Assembly: GCA_016794025.1 (NCBI GenBank)
Contig: JAEUKX010000094.1
Coordinates: forward strand, 2,052 to 66,051
DNA length: 64,000 bases
Source of the DNA: Rhodospirillales bacterium
GTDB lineage: Bacteria; Pseudomonadota; Alphaproteobacteria; CACIAM-22H2
Direction: 5' to 3'
Shown: positions 33,371 through 45,152 of the stretch, piece after piece
Position numbering within the stretch: the stretch's first letter is position 1
How the letters are laid out: every line of letters begins with the position of its first letter
Translations under genes and position numbers: made by a program
Notes under the pieces: model-generated
What the model saw: the letters and a program-made list of their open reading frames with translations, nothing else
Databases searched by the model: none
What the model was told of the DNA's origin: nothing

Positions 33371-33442
33371 CGATAGACAATCTCGTTTGGCAGCGCGCGC
33401 GGCCGCGCGCAGTCTCCTTGCCGCTTACGCAAGGAGAGAACC

Positions 33443-33829
33443 ATGCCGCTCGTCCGCATCGACGTTCCCGACACGCTTTCCCACGACACGCGCCGCGCCG
33501 TCTCCGACGCCGTGCACGCGGCCCTTGTCGAAGCGATCGGCATTCCGCCGGACGACCGCTTCCAGGTCGTGACCGCGCATGCCGCCGGCGGGCTTGTCGC
33601 CGATCCGAACTACATGGGCATCTCGCGCGGATCCGGATTCATGTCGGTGCAGGTCTTCTTCCGCCGCGGGCGCAGCGGGGAGCTGAAGCGCGCGCTCTAT
33701 GCCGCCATCGTCCGCAACCTCGCGCGCGATGCGAAGGTCAGGCCCGAGGATGTGCTGATCGTGCTGACCGAGAACGACCCCGTCGACTGGTCGTTCGGCA
33801 ACGGCATCGCGCAGTACGCGCCGGGCTGA
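33443..33829 (+). CDS. tautomerase-superfamily protein
   Basis: N-terminal Pro1 (MPLVRIDVP...). 128 aa, consistent with a fused or long 4-OT-like tautomerase. AAGGAGA Shine-Dalgarno. Confidence 0.75.
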   Translation: MPLVRIDVPDTLSHDTRRAVSDAVHAALVEAIGIPPDDRFQVVTAHAAGGLVADPNYMGISRGSGFMSVQVFFRRGRSGELKRALYAAIVRNLARDAKVRPEDVLIVLTENDPVDWSFGNGIAQYAPG

Positions 33830-33861
33830 CCTGCCGATTGACAACGGGCGGCGGCGCGTGG

Positions 33862-33885
33862 CGTTATATCCGTTCGGATATAGCG
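33862..33885. promoter_or_regulatory. Mo-box (ModE-type operator) CGTTATATC-N6-GATATAGCG
   Basis: Near-perfect inverted repeat (one mismatch) resembling the CGnTATATA-N6-TATATAnCG consensus. Lies 22-45 nt upstream of the modA ATG. Confidence 0.65.
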
Positions 33886-33906
33886 AAACACGGAAGGCTT
33901 CCCCCG

Positions 33907-34656
33907 ATGCGCCGCCTGGCCACCCTCGCCCTCGCTCTCGCGGTCGGTCTTTCTGCGGCATCTGCCGTCCGGGCGCAGGAACTTCTCGTCTATGCCGCCG
34001 CCTCGCTGACCGATGCGTTGCAGGAGGTCGCGACGGCAACCGGCCAGAAGGCGCGGTTCTCCTTCGCGGCCTCTTCTACGCTCGCGCGCCAGATCGAGAA
34101 TGGCGCGCCTGCCGACATCTTCGCGTCGGCCGACGAGGCGTGGGCCGACTATCTCGACCAGCGCGGGAAGCTTGCGCCCGGAACGCGCGTCACTCTGTTG
34201 TCGAACCGGCTGGTGCTGATCGTGCCGGCCAATGCGCCACGATCCGTCGCCCTCGAGAAAGGGATGGACTTCGCGGCGCTGCTCGGTGGCGGCCGGCTGG
34301 CGACAGGTGATCCTGCTCACGTGCCGGTCGGGCGCTATGCGCGCCAGTCGCTCGAGTGGCTCGGCGTATGGAACGCCGTCGAGCCGCGGCTTGCGCGCGC
34401 CGAATCCGTGCGCGCGGCCATGGCGCTGGTCGAGCGCGGCGAAGCACCGTTCGGCATCGTCTACGCGACCGACGCGGCGGCCAGCCCGCGCGTGGCCGTC
34501 GCCGGCACTTTTCCGGCTGAAAGCCACCCGCAGGTCGCGTATCCGTTCGCGATCGTCGCCGGCCGCGACACACCGGCGGCACGCGCTTTCATGTCCGCAA
34601 TGACCGCGCCCGCGGCGAAGGCCATTTTCCGCCGCAACGGCTTCGCGGTGGAATGA
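33907..34656 (+). CDS. modA: molybdate ABC transporter substrate-binding protein
   Basis: Signal peptide; LLVYAAASLTDAL, IFASADEAW, TGDPAHVPVGRYA motifs. Confidence 0.95.
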   Translation: MRRLATLALALAVGLSAASAVRAQELLVYAAASLTDALQEVATATGQKARFSFAASSTLARQIENGAPADIFASADEAWADYLDQRGKLAPGTRVTLLSNRLVLIVPANAPRSVALEKGMDFAALLGGGRLATGDPAHVPVGRYARQSLEWLGVWNAVEPRLARAESVRAAMALVERGEAPFGIVYATDAAASPRVAVAGTFPAESHPQVAYPFAIVAGRDTPAARAFMSAMTAPAAKAIFRRNGFAVE

Positions 34657-35360
34657 CCGGCAGCCCGATGGATTTCCTCACGCCGGCCGAGCTCGACGCA
34701 CTGCGCCTCAGCCTGCGCGTGGCGCTCGCCGCGGTCGCGGCAACATTGCCGCTCGCGGTCCTGGCCGCATGGATCCTGGCACGAGGCCGGTTTCCCGGCC
34801 GCGGGTTCCTCGACGGGCTCGTGCATCTGCCGCTCGTCCTGCCGCCGGTCGTCGTGGGTTATATCCTGCTGCTGGCCTTCGGGGTCCGCGGCCCGATCGG
34901 GCACTGGCTCGACGCCGCCTTCGGAATCCGGCTGGTCTTTACGGCGAACGGCGCCTCGCTCGCGACCGCGGTGATGATCTTCCCGCTGATGGTGCGCGCG
35001 GTCCGCCTCTCGATCGAGGCGCTTGACCCTGGTCTCGACGAGGCCGCGCGAACGCTCGGGGCCGGCCCGCTCGACCGGTTCCTCACGGTTTCGCTGCCGC
35101 TGATGCTGCCCGGCATCCTGTCGGGAGCCGTCGTCGCGTTCGCCGCAAGCCTCGGCGAGTTCGGCGCGGTCATCACGTTTGCCGCCAATGTGCCGGGCGA
35201 GACGCAGACCCTTCCGCTTGCGATCTATGCCGCGACGCAAACCCCCGGCGGCGACGCCGCCGCAGCCCGGCTCGCGGGCATTTCGATCGCGCTGGCGCTG
35301 GCAGGGCTCGTCCTTTCCGAATGGCTGGCGCGCCGCGTCCGCCGGATGGTGGGCGGCTAG
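34653..35360 (+). CDS. modB: molybdate ABC transporter permease
   Basis: ATGA overlap. ...EAARTLGAGPLDRFLTVSLPL EAA loop. Confidence 0.95.
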   Translation: MTGSPMDFLTPAELDALRLSLRVALAAVAATLPLAVLAAWILARGRFPGRGFLDGLVHLPLVLPPVVVGYILLLAFGVRGPIGHWLDAAFGIRLVFTANGASLATAVMIFPLMVRAVRLSIEALDPGLDEAARTLGAGPLDRFLTVSLPLMLPGILSGAVVAFAASLGEFGAVITFAANVPGETQTLPLAIYAATQTPGGDAAAARLAGISIALALAGLVLSEWLARRVRRMVGG

Positions 35361-36446
35361 ATGATCGCGCTGGACTTCCGCCAGAACCTCGGCGATTTCG
35401 GTCTCGACGTCCGGATGGAAGCGCCTGCAGGGGTGGTCGTGCTTTTCGGCCGGTCCGGATCTGGCAAGACGTCGATCGTACGCGCCATCGCCGGGCTTGC
35501 CCGTCCGCGCGAGGGCCGGATCGCCGTCGGCGGGACGGTACTCTTCGATTCCGCCGCGGGGATCGACGTCCCGGCCGAACGCCGGCGCGTGGGATACGTC
35601 TTCCAGGACGCGCGGCTGTTCCCGCACATGAGCGTCGAAGCGAACCTGCGCTACGGGCAGAAGCGCGCCGGCCCGGCCGGACCGTCGGACGAGTTCGGAT
35701 CGACCGTGGCACTGCTTGGCCTCGGCCATCTCCTTTCGCGCCGGCCGGGCACGCTGTCCGGCGGCGAGCGCCAGCGCGTGGCGATCGGGCGCGCGCTCCT
35801 CGCCCGGCCGCGCCTGCTGCTGATGGACGAGCCGCTCGCCTCGCTCGATGCGCCGCGCAAGGCCGAAGTCCTGCCCTACCTCGACGGTCTGCGCCGTCGG
35901 CTCGGAATTCCGGTCGTCTACGTCACCCACGCGCTCGACGAGGTCATGCGGCTTGCCGATACGCTGGCGCTGGTCGACGACGGCCGCATCGCCGCGTGCG
36001 GCCCCGTCGGCGAGGTGACGGCGCGCGTCGATCTGGGTCCGCTCGTAGGGCGCTTCGAGGCGGGCACGGCGCTCGACACGCTCGTTGCCGGACACGATGC
36101 AGAATTCGCCCTCTCGCGACTTGCTTTCGCGGGCGGCGAACTGGTCGTGCCAGCCGTCGATGCCCCGGAAGGCACGGCGCTGCGCGTGCTCGTGCGGGCG
36201 CGCGACGTCATGCTCGCCACCCGCCCGCCGGTCGCCATTTCCGCGCGGAACGTCTTTGCCGGCACGGTTTCCGACATCTCGCTCGAACCCGGCGCGCACG
36301 CCGAGGTGGCCGTCGCGATCGGCGGTGTCCGGCTGCGCGCGCGCATCACCCGCGCCGCGGCGGCCGAGCTTGGCCTGGCAACGGGCGTCCCCGTCCACGC
36401 GATCGTGAAGTCGGTCGCCGTGGGAAGGCCGACGGTGCATCCCTAA
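35361..36446 (+). CDS. modC: molybdate ABC transporter ATP-binding protein with C-terminal TOBE/Mop domain
   Basis: GRSGSGKTS Walker A, LSGGERQRV, LLMDEPLASLD; about 120-aa C-terminal extension. Confidence 0.95.
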   Translation: MIALDFRQNLGDFGLDVRMEAPAGVVVLFGRSGSGKTSIVRAIAGLARPREGRIAVGGTVLFDSAAGIDVPAERRRVGYVFQDARLFPHMSVEANLRYGQKRAGPAGPSDEFGSTVALLGLGHLLSRRPGTLSGGERQRVAIGRALLARPRLLLMDEPLASLDAPRKAEVLPYLDGLRRRLGIPVVYVTHALDEVMRLADTLALVDDGRIAACGPVGEVTARVDLGPLVGRFEAGTALDTLVAGHDAEFALSRLAFAGGELVVPAVDAPEGTALRVLVRARDVMLATRPPVAISARNVFAGTVSDISLEPGAHAEVAVAIGGVRLRARITRAAAAELGLATGVPVHAIVKSVAVGRPTVHP

Positions 36447-36507
36447 ATTCGTGTGGACGGGAGCCGGACGGACCCTTACTGAAAGAGCCTGACCCTTGAG
36501 GCTCTTG

Positions 36508-37017
36508 ATGGACCTGAAAGACTACATACGTGATGTTCCGGATTTTCCGAAGCCGGGCATCCTTTTCCGCGACATTTCCCCGCTGCTGGCCGACGCGGGC
36601 GCATGGCGCGCGACGATCGAACGGCTTGCTGCGGTCGTTGCTCCCCACAAGCCCACGATCCTTGCAGGGATCGAGAGTCGCGGCTTCCTCGTCACGGCCC
36701 CGCTGGCGCTGCACATGGGTTGCGGCTTCATGATGGTGCGCAAGCGCGGCAAGCTGCCGGGCAAGACGATCCCGCACACCTACGCGCTGGAGTATGGCGA
36801 GGACACGATCGAGATCCAGGACAATGCCGTGCAACCGGGGACGCGCGTCGTCGTGCTCGACGACGTTCTCGCCACGGGCGGCACGCTCAATGCGGCGATC
36901 TCGCTTCTCGGCAAGGCCGGGGCGGACGTGCGCGCCGCATGCTGCATCATCGAACTGACGTTCCTCGAAGGACGCAAGCGGTTGCCGGTGCCCTTCGAAA
37001 GCCTGGTCCGCTACTGA
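36508..37017 (+). CDS. apt: adenine phosphoribosyltransferase
   Basis: [16 protein letters not shown] and PRPP motif [13 protein letters not shown]. Track ORF starts at TTG 36496; ATG at 36508 preferred. Confidence 0.95.
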   Translation: MDLKDYIRDVPDFPKPGILFRDISPLLADAGAWRATIERLAAVVAPHKPTILAGIESRGFLVTAPLALHMGCGFMMVRKRGKLPGKTIPHTYALEYGEDTIEIQDNAVQPGTRVVVLDDVLATGGTLNAAISLLGKAGADVRAACCIIELTFLEGRKRLPVPFESLVRY

Positions 37018-37039
37018 TCCGGCCGGGGGTCGATCCGCG

Positions 37040-39406
<2,367 letters not shown>

Positions 39407-39412
39407 CGGCGC

Positions 39413-40219
39413 TCAGGCCGGTCGCGTCCGTTCGCCCGCCCATGCCAGCAGCGCGGCAAGCGTCGCGCGCAGGCGCACGATCATCGGCGCCGCGCGGGCC
39501 GCATCCCAGCGATACGGCGGCGCCTCCTCCATGTAGGCGGTCATCGCCTTCTCGAGCTGGAGCGCATGGAAGCCATCGGCAGGACGCCCGTAGCGGCGCG
39601 TGATGTAGCCGCCCTTGAAACGGCCGTTGACGGCAAGGCTCATGCCCGGCCCTTCCAGCGCCGCCCGGGCGCGTTCCGCCAGGGACGCATCGGCCGATGA
39701 ACCGGAGGCCGATCCCAGATTGAGATCCGGCAGGCGCCCCTCGAAGAAGCGCGGCACGACGGACCAGATCGAATGGCCATCCCACAGGATGGCAACGCCA
39801 TGGCGCGCGCGGATGGCATCGAGCTCGGCCGCCAGCGCCGCATGGTAGGGTTTCCAGTAGAGCTCGACTCGCTCGGCGATTTCGCCGGCATCCGGCTCCT
39901 GGCCCTTCCGGTAGACGGGCTCGCGCGCGAAGGTGCTCGACGGCACGAGCTCGGTGTTGTCCGCACCCGGATAGAGCGGCGTGCCGGCCGGATCGCGGTT
40001 GAGATCGACGGCAAAGCGCGAATAGTTGGCGACAAGATACCCCGCACCGATGGTCGGCGCGAACGCGTAGAGCTTCTCCACGTGCCAGTCGGTATCCGGC
40101 ATCGCCGCGGCAGCCGGCGTCAACCGGGCGGCAAGGGCGTCGGGAACGTACGTGCCGGCATGCGGCACGCTGACCAGCAACGGGGTCGTTCCGGCGGTGA
40201 ATTCGAAAATCGGCTTCAA
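39413..40219 (-). CDS. hutG: N-formylglutamate amidohydrolase
   Basis: LLVSVPHAG..., SRFAVDLNR, ILWDGHS motifs. TTG start behind AAGGAAG. Confidence 0.85.
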   Translation of the reverse strand: MKPIFEFTAGTTPLLVSVPHAGTYVPDALAARLTPAAAAMPDTDWHVEKLYAFAPTIGAGYLVANYSRFAVDLNRDPAGTPLYPGADNTELVPSSTFAREPVYRKGQEPDAGEIAERVELYWKPYHAALAAELDAIRARHGVAILWDGHSIWSVVPRFFEGRLPDLNLGSASGSSADASLAERARAALEGPGMSLAVNGRFKGGYITRRYGRPADGFHALQLEKAMTAYMEEAPPYRWDAARAAPMIVRLRATLAALLAWAGERTRPA

Positions 40220-40282
40220 AATTCTTCCTTTCCAGCGGCGCAGCCTCCAAGAATAGGCCTTTCGCCGAAGGACGCCAGACTC

Positions 40283-41656
40283 ATGCCGAGCTTTTTCGCT
40301 CCCCTCGCCCTGCTGCCGGCCGGATGGTTACGCGACGTGCGTTTCGATGTCGACGCGCGCGGCGACATCGCCGAGGTGACGGCCGGCGGCGAAAGCTCGG
40401 ATACGACACGCCTCAACGGTCCCGTCCTGCCGGGCCTTGCCGACCTGCACAGCCACGCCTTCCAGCGCGCGCTGGCGGGCCTTGGCGAACGCGCCGGGCC
40501 GCAGGGCGACAGCTTCTGGACGTGGCGCGACATCATGTACGGCTTCGTGCGCCGGCTTTCGCCGCGCGACGTCGAGGCGATCGCGGCCCAGCTCTATGTC
40601 GAACTGGCGCGACACGGCTACACGAGCGTCTGCGAATTCCACTACGTCCACAACGATCCGGCGGGCGAGCGCTACGAGACACCGACCGAGTTGGCCGACC
40701 GCATCGTGGCCGCCGCTTCGGCGGCGGGACTGGGCCTGACATTGCTGCCCGTGCTCTATCAGGCGAGCGGCTTCGGCGGCACGCCGCCGACCGAAGGACA
40801 GCGCCGCTTCGTGCTCGACGACGATGCCTATGCCGATCTCGTCGAACGGCTCGTGCGCCGCCACCGCAACGACCCGCAGGTGCGCGTGGGCATCGCCCCC
40901 CATTCGCTGCGCGCGACGACCCCGGCAGCGCTCTCGCGCGCCTGCGCGATGCTGGCGCGCCTTGACGCCGGCGCGCCCGTCCACATCCACATCGCCGAAC
41001 AGCCCAAGGAGGTCGAGGACTGCCGCACCTGGTCCGGCACGACGCCCATCGAATGGCTGCTGTCGAATGCCGAGGTCGACGCGCGCTGGTGCCTTGTCCA
41101 CGCCACGCACGCCACGCCGGCCGAGATCGAGGGCATCGCGAAGCGTCGGGCCGTCGCCGGTCTCTGCCCGACGACGGAGGCCAATCTCGGCGACGGGCTT
41201 TTCCCGCTTGGCCCGTTCCTCAAGGCCGGCGGCCTGTTCGGCGTGGGCAGCGACTCAAACGTGTCGACAAGCCCCGTCGAGGAGCTGCGCTGGCTCGAAT
41301 ACGGCCAGCGGCTGTTCCACCGGGCGCGCAACGTGACACAAGACAGACCCGGCGCCTCGACCGGCGCCTTCCTGTTCGAAAGGGCACGGGCCGGCGGCGC
41401 GCAGGCGGCCGGCCGGCGCACCGGCGCCCTTGCCCCCGGCTTCCGGGCGGACTTCGTCGTGCTCGACGAGACAAGCCCGGCCCTTGCCGGCCACACGCCC
41501 GAGACGCTTGTCGATGCCTGGATATTCTCGGGCAATGCAAATCCGGTGCGCGACGTCGTCATCGGCGGGGAATGGGTCGTGCGCGACGGGCACCACCGCT
41601 TCGAGGAACAGGCGGCGGCCGACTATGCGAAGACGATGCGCCGGCTGACCGCCTGA
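40283..41656 (+). CDS. hutF: formimidoylglutamate deiminase
   Basis: Amidohydrolase motifs GLADLHSHAFQRA, HIHIAEQPKEV, VGSDSN. Divergent from hutG. Confidence 0.85.
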   Translation: MPSFFAPLALLPAGWLRDVRFDVDARGDIAEVTAGGESSDTTRLNGPVLPGLADLHSHAFQRALAGLGERAGPQGDSFWTWRDIMYGFVRRLSPRDVEAIAAQLYVELARHGYTSVCEFHYVHNDPAGERYETPTELADRIVAAASAAGLGLTLLPVLYQASGFGGTPPTEGQRRFVLDDDAYADLVERLVRRHRNDPQVRVGIAPHSLRATTPAALSRACAMLARLDAGAPVHIHIAEQPKEVEDCRTWSGTTPIEWLLSNAEVDARWCLVHATHATPAEIEGIAKRRAVAGLCPTTEANLGDGLFPLGPFLKAGGLFGVGSDSNVSTSPVEELRWLEYGQRLFHRARNVTQDRPGASTGAFLFERARAGGAQAAGRRTGALAPGFRADFVVLDETSPALAGHTPETLVDAWIFSGNANPVRDVVIGGEWVVRDGHHRFEEQAAADYAKTMRRLTA

Positions 41657-41659
41657 CGT

Positions 41660-42562
41660 TCAGCCGTTCTGGTCGGGTGCCAGCGCAAGATCGACGGGGC
41701 GCAGGTCCACGGACACGTCGAGGCGGTGAGTCCCGCCGCCGAGGATGACGCCGCGGATCGGGGCCACGTCGCCATAGTCGCGCCCCCAGGCAAGCACCAC
41801 ATGCTCGTCCGACACCACCAGATCGTTGGTGGGATCGAAATCGATCCAGCCCGTGCCCGGAACGAAGGCGCCAACCCAGGCATGGCTGGCGTCCGCGCCG
41901 ATCCGGCGGACCTGTCCGGCCGGCGCGTGGGTGCGGATGTAGCCCGACACATAGCGCGCGGCGAGCCCGGTCGCGCGCATGCACGCGATCATCACGTGGG
42001 CGAAATCCTGGCAGACGCCGCGGCGAAGCTGCATGACCTCGCGCACCGCCGTCGCCACGCCCGTGGCGCGCGGATCGAAGGCGAAATCGGTCTTGATGCG
42101 GCGGTTGAGATCGAGCAGGGCGGAAAGGATCGGCCGGCCCGGCGCGAACGAGGGCTGCGCGAAATCCCGCACGGCATCGTCGATCGCCACGAGCGGAGAT
42201 TCGCGCGCGAACTCCACCGCCGACGTCTCCGCGGGCAGGCCGCCGCCGTCGAGCGCATCGCGCACCTGCTCCCATGGCGGGGTCTGCTCGGCCGGCGGCG
42301 GTGCAGGAAAGCGGACTTCGACCGCACAGCGGGCGTCGACGACAAGCTCGGCGTGCGGCTCCTCAAGCGCCATATACGTGGCGACGTTGCCGAAATAGTC
42401 GGTCGTGTCGTGGACGCGTACCGGCGCCGGCGTGGCGATGACGGACGAGCGCAGCACGCGCTGCCACGGCAGTCCGCGCGGCGTCAGCCGCATGACGTGA
42501 TAGGAGATGTCGACCGGCTCCTCGTAGCGGTAGGTCGTGCGGTGGACGACGTCGTAGATCAC
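41660..42562 (-). CDS. transglutaminase-like (Cys-His-Asp) family protein
   Basis: Bact_transglu_N-like start VIYDVVHRTTYRYEEPV. Catalytic region RRGVCQDFAH ... DASHAWV ... DFDPTN. GTG start overlaps the upstream stop (GTGA). Confidence 0.9.
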   Translation of the reverse strand: MIYDVVHRTTYRYEEPVDISYHVMRLTPRGLPWQRVLRSSVIATPAPVRVHDTTDYFGNVATYMALEEPHAELVVDARCAVEVRFPAPPPAEQTPPWEQVRDALDGGGLPAETSAVEFARESPLVAIDDAVRDFAQPSFAPGRPILSALLDLNRRIKTDFAFDPRATGVATAVREVMQLRRGVCQDFAHVMIACMRATGLAARYVSGYIRTHAPAGQVRRIGADASHAWVGAFVPGTGWIDFDPTNDLVVSDEHVVLAWGRDYGDVAPIRGVILGGGTHRLDVSVDLRPVDLALAPDQNG

Positions 42563-45111
42563 GCGCCCTCCCCGCCGGTCGGCGCGATCTCGAAACCGAT
42601 CGACTGCACGGTTTCGACATGGCTGAAATAGGCGCGCGTGAGCGCCTCGGACAGATCCGCGAGGCGGGCCTGCGTGCCCGCGAGCAGGTCGACGAGCATC
42701 GCCATCGCCTCGCGGTCGACGGTCGAGCCGGCCCGCTCGACGTCGAACAGCTCGACCGCCGTCAGCGCCGCGCGCGCGATCTTCTGCTCGGGCTGCGAGA
42801 GCGGACGGATATCCCGCCGCGCAAGCCGGTCGAGATGTTCGCAGATGATCTGGAGCTGGAACAGCACCGAGCGCGGGTTCGTCTCGTCGCACATCAGGAG
42901 GTCGAGCACGGGTGCCGCCTGCACCGCCGCCATGTAGCGCGTGCGGTAGGTGATCGAGCTGTCGCAGAGTTCGAGCAGCAGCCGCAGCCACGGTTCCGAA
43001 CCCTGCCCCGAAGCCGCGAACACGTCGCGCACGACCGAGGTGCCGTGAACGGCCCGCTCGATCCGACGGCCGAGATCGAGGAACCGCCAGCCCGAGCCGC
43101 GCGTCATGTTCTCCGACGCCATGCCGTGGAAGGCGGCGCAGACGCCGATCGTGTGATCCATCCCTTCGAGAAGGCGGTCGGCATCGCCCGGCTGGCCTTC
43201 GAGGCGCAGCCGCGCGTCACGAAGCAGTTCGTTGACCACGTTCCACATGTCGGCCGAAAGCCGGTCGCGGACCGTGGGTGCGATACGCTGGATGGCCTGG
43301 AACAGGTGCGAGAGCCCCTGGTCGAGGCCGCAGGCGTGCCCCATCGCCTCGATCATCGAACGCCCGTCGGGCAGCCCGCCCATCGCGCGCTCGACCAGTC
43401 CGCGGTCGCCGAGCATGCGCGCGAGGGTCTGGAACTCGGCCAGTTCACGCGCGGACGAGCCGCCGGCCGGCACGCGCATCAGGCACGCCCGCATCAGTCG
43501 CGCGGCATTGTCGAGCCGCTCGGCATAGCGGCCAAGCCAGTAGAGATTGTCGGCCACGCGGCTCTGCAGTTCGCCCGCCGACCGGCGCAGCGGTTCGCGC
43601 GCGGCGGGCTTGCGGGTCTCGACCACGACGGGAACCACGTCGCGTTCGATCACCCAGGTGTCCTTCGCGGCGCCGCCGCGCTGCATGGAGATGTCGATCC
43701 CGCTGTCGTCGGCGGCCACGCGGGTCATTCCGCCAGGCATCGGCACGTAACTGCCCTCGTGGCGGACGAGGAAACAGCGCACCATCAACGGGCGGGGCAC
43801 GAGGCCGTCCGGCGTCCAGACCGGCATCGCGGATTTCGGCAGGCGGGCCTGCGCCACGTAGCGGTGCGGGCGCTGTGCCAGCCGTTCGACGAACGCCTTG
43901 CGGCGGGCCGGATCGACCTGCGATCCGACGGTGGCGGGCTCGAGCGCATCGCCGGGAAAGCACGGGCGGAAGACATAGTCCTCGAGGCGCGCGGTGACCT
44001 GCTCGAAGACCTGCCGCTGCCCCAGCCACCACGTCTCGACCGACGGCAGGCCCAGATCCTCGCCCAGCAGCTTCGTCGCGAGGCCCGGCAGGAAGGGCAG
44101 CAGGGCCGGCGTCTCGACGACGCCCGCGCCCAGCGCATTGGCAATGGCAACGCTGCCCGCGCGTACCGCGTCGACGAGGCCGGCCACGCCGATCGCGGAC
44201 TCCGAGCGCAGCTCGACCGGATCGCAATAGTCGTCGTCGAGACGGCGCAGGATCACGTCGACCTGCTGGAGGCCGCCGAGCGTCTTGAGGAACACCTTGG
44301 CGTCGCGCACCGTCAGATCCGCGCCTTCGGCAAGCGTCAGGCCGAGCTGGCGGGCGAGATAGACATGCTCGAAATAGGTCTCGCTATAGGGCCCCGGCGT
44401 CAGCAGCACGATGCGCGGGTTCTCGCGATGGCGGGGAGCGAGCTGGGCGAGTGCCGCCTGCCAGATGTCGAAGAACGAGCCGAGCCGGCGGACAGCCGAG
44501 GACTGGAACAGTTCGGGCAGCGTGCGCATCAGCACGTTGCGGTTCTCGAGCGCGTAGCCGGCCCCGGAGGGCGCATTGACGCGGTCGGCGCACACGCGCC
44601 AGCGTCCGTCGAGCCCGCGCGCGAGATCTGCCGCATAGAAATGCAGGAACGGCGCGCCGTTCGCGGGCGCAATCCCGTGGCAGGGGCGCAGGAAAGCCGG
44701 GTTCGCGTGCACGAGCGCCGGCGGCAGCAGCCTGTCGCGGATCAGCGTCTGCGGACCGTAGATGTCGGCAAGGATCCGGTCGAGCAGCGTGGCGCGACGC
44801 ACGAGCGCCGTCTCGATCCCCGACCACTCCTCCGCCGGGATCGGCAGCGGGATCAGGTCGAACTGCCACGGGCGCTGGGGGCCGCGCGTCTCGGCAAAGA
44901 CGTTGTAGGTGACGCCGTTCTCGTCGTACTGACGGCGCGCGCGATCCACGCGCTCGGCGAGCGCCCCCTGCGGCAGGGTGCGCATGGCGCCCATCAGCGG
45001 CTGCCAGTGCGCGCGGATCTGCCCGCCGCCCGTCACCATCTCGTCGAACGGGGGCAGCTCTGCCTCCGCCGGTGCGGGTCCGGCGGCCTCTCTCAGGCGC
45101 GCTTCCTCCAT
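42559..45111 (-). CDS. fusion of circularly permuted type-2 ATP-grasp and alpha-E domains
   Basis: 850 aa. The N-terminal half resembles the DUF404/DUF407 family (…ENGVTYNV…PWQFDLIPL…). The C-terminal roughly 300 aa resembles the alpha-E (DUF403) pattern (NLYWLGRYAERLDN...). Confidence 0.85.
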   Translation of the reverse strand: MEEARLREAAGPAPAEAELPPFDEMVTGGGQIRAHWQPLMGAMRTLPQGALAERVDRARRQYDENGVTYNVFAETRGPQRPWQFDLIPLPIPAEEWSGIETALVRRATLLDRILADIYGPQTLIRDRLLPPALVHANPAFLRPCHGIAPANGAPFLHFYAADLARGLDGRWRVCADRVNAPSGAGYALENRNVLMRTLPELFQSSAVRRLGSFFDIWQAALAQLAPRHRENPRIVLLTPGPYSETYFEHVYLARQLGLTLAEGADLTVRDAKVFLKTLGGLQQVDVILRRLDDDYCDPVELRSESAIGVAGLVDAVRAGSVAIANALGAGVVETPALLPFLPGLATKLLGEDLGLPSVETWWLGQRQVFEQVTARLEDYVFRPCFPGDALEPATVGSQVDPARRKAFVERLAQRPHRYVAQARLPKSAMPVWTPDGLVPRPLMVRCFLVRHEGSYVPMPGGMTRVAADDSGIDISMQRGGAAKDTWVIERDVVPVVVETRKPAAREPLRRSAGELQSRVADNLYWLGRYAERLDNAARLMRACLMRVPAGGSSARELAEFQTLARMLGDRGLVERAMGGLPDGRSMIEAMGHACGLDQGLSHLFQAIQRIAPTVRDRLSADMWNVVNELLRDARLRLEGQPGDADRLLEGMDHTIGVCAAFHGMASENMTRGSGWRFLDLGRRIERAVHGTSVVRDVFAASGQGSEPWLRLLLELCDSSITYRTRYMAAVQAAPVLDLLMCDETNPRSVLFQLQIICEHLDRLARRDIRPLSQPEQKIARAALTAVELFDVERAGSTVDREAMAMLVDLLAGTQARLADLSEALTRAYFSHVETVQSIGFEIAPTGGEGA

Positions 45112-45152
45112 CGACTCCTCGGGAATTGCGGTCGAGCCGGCAAGCTTGGGCG

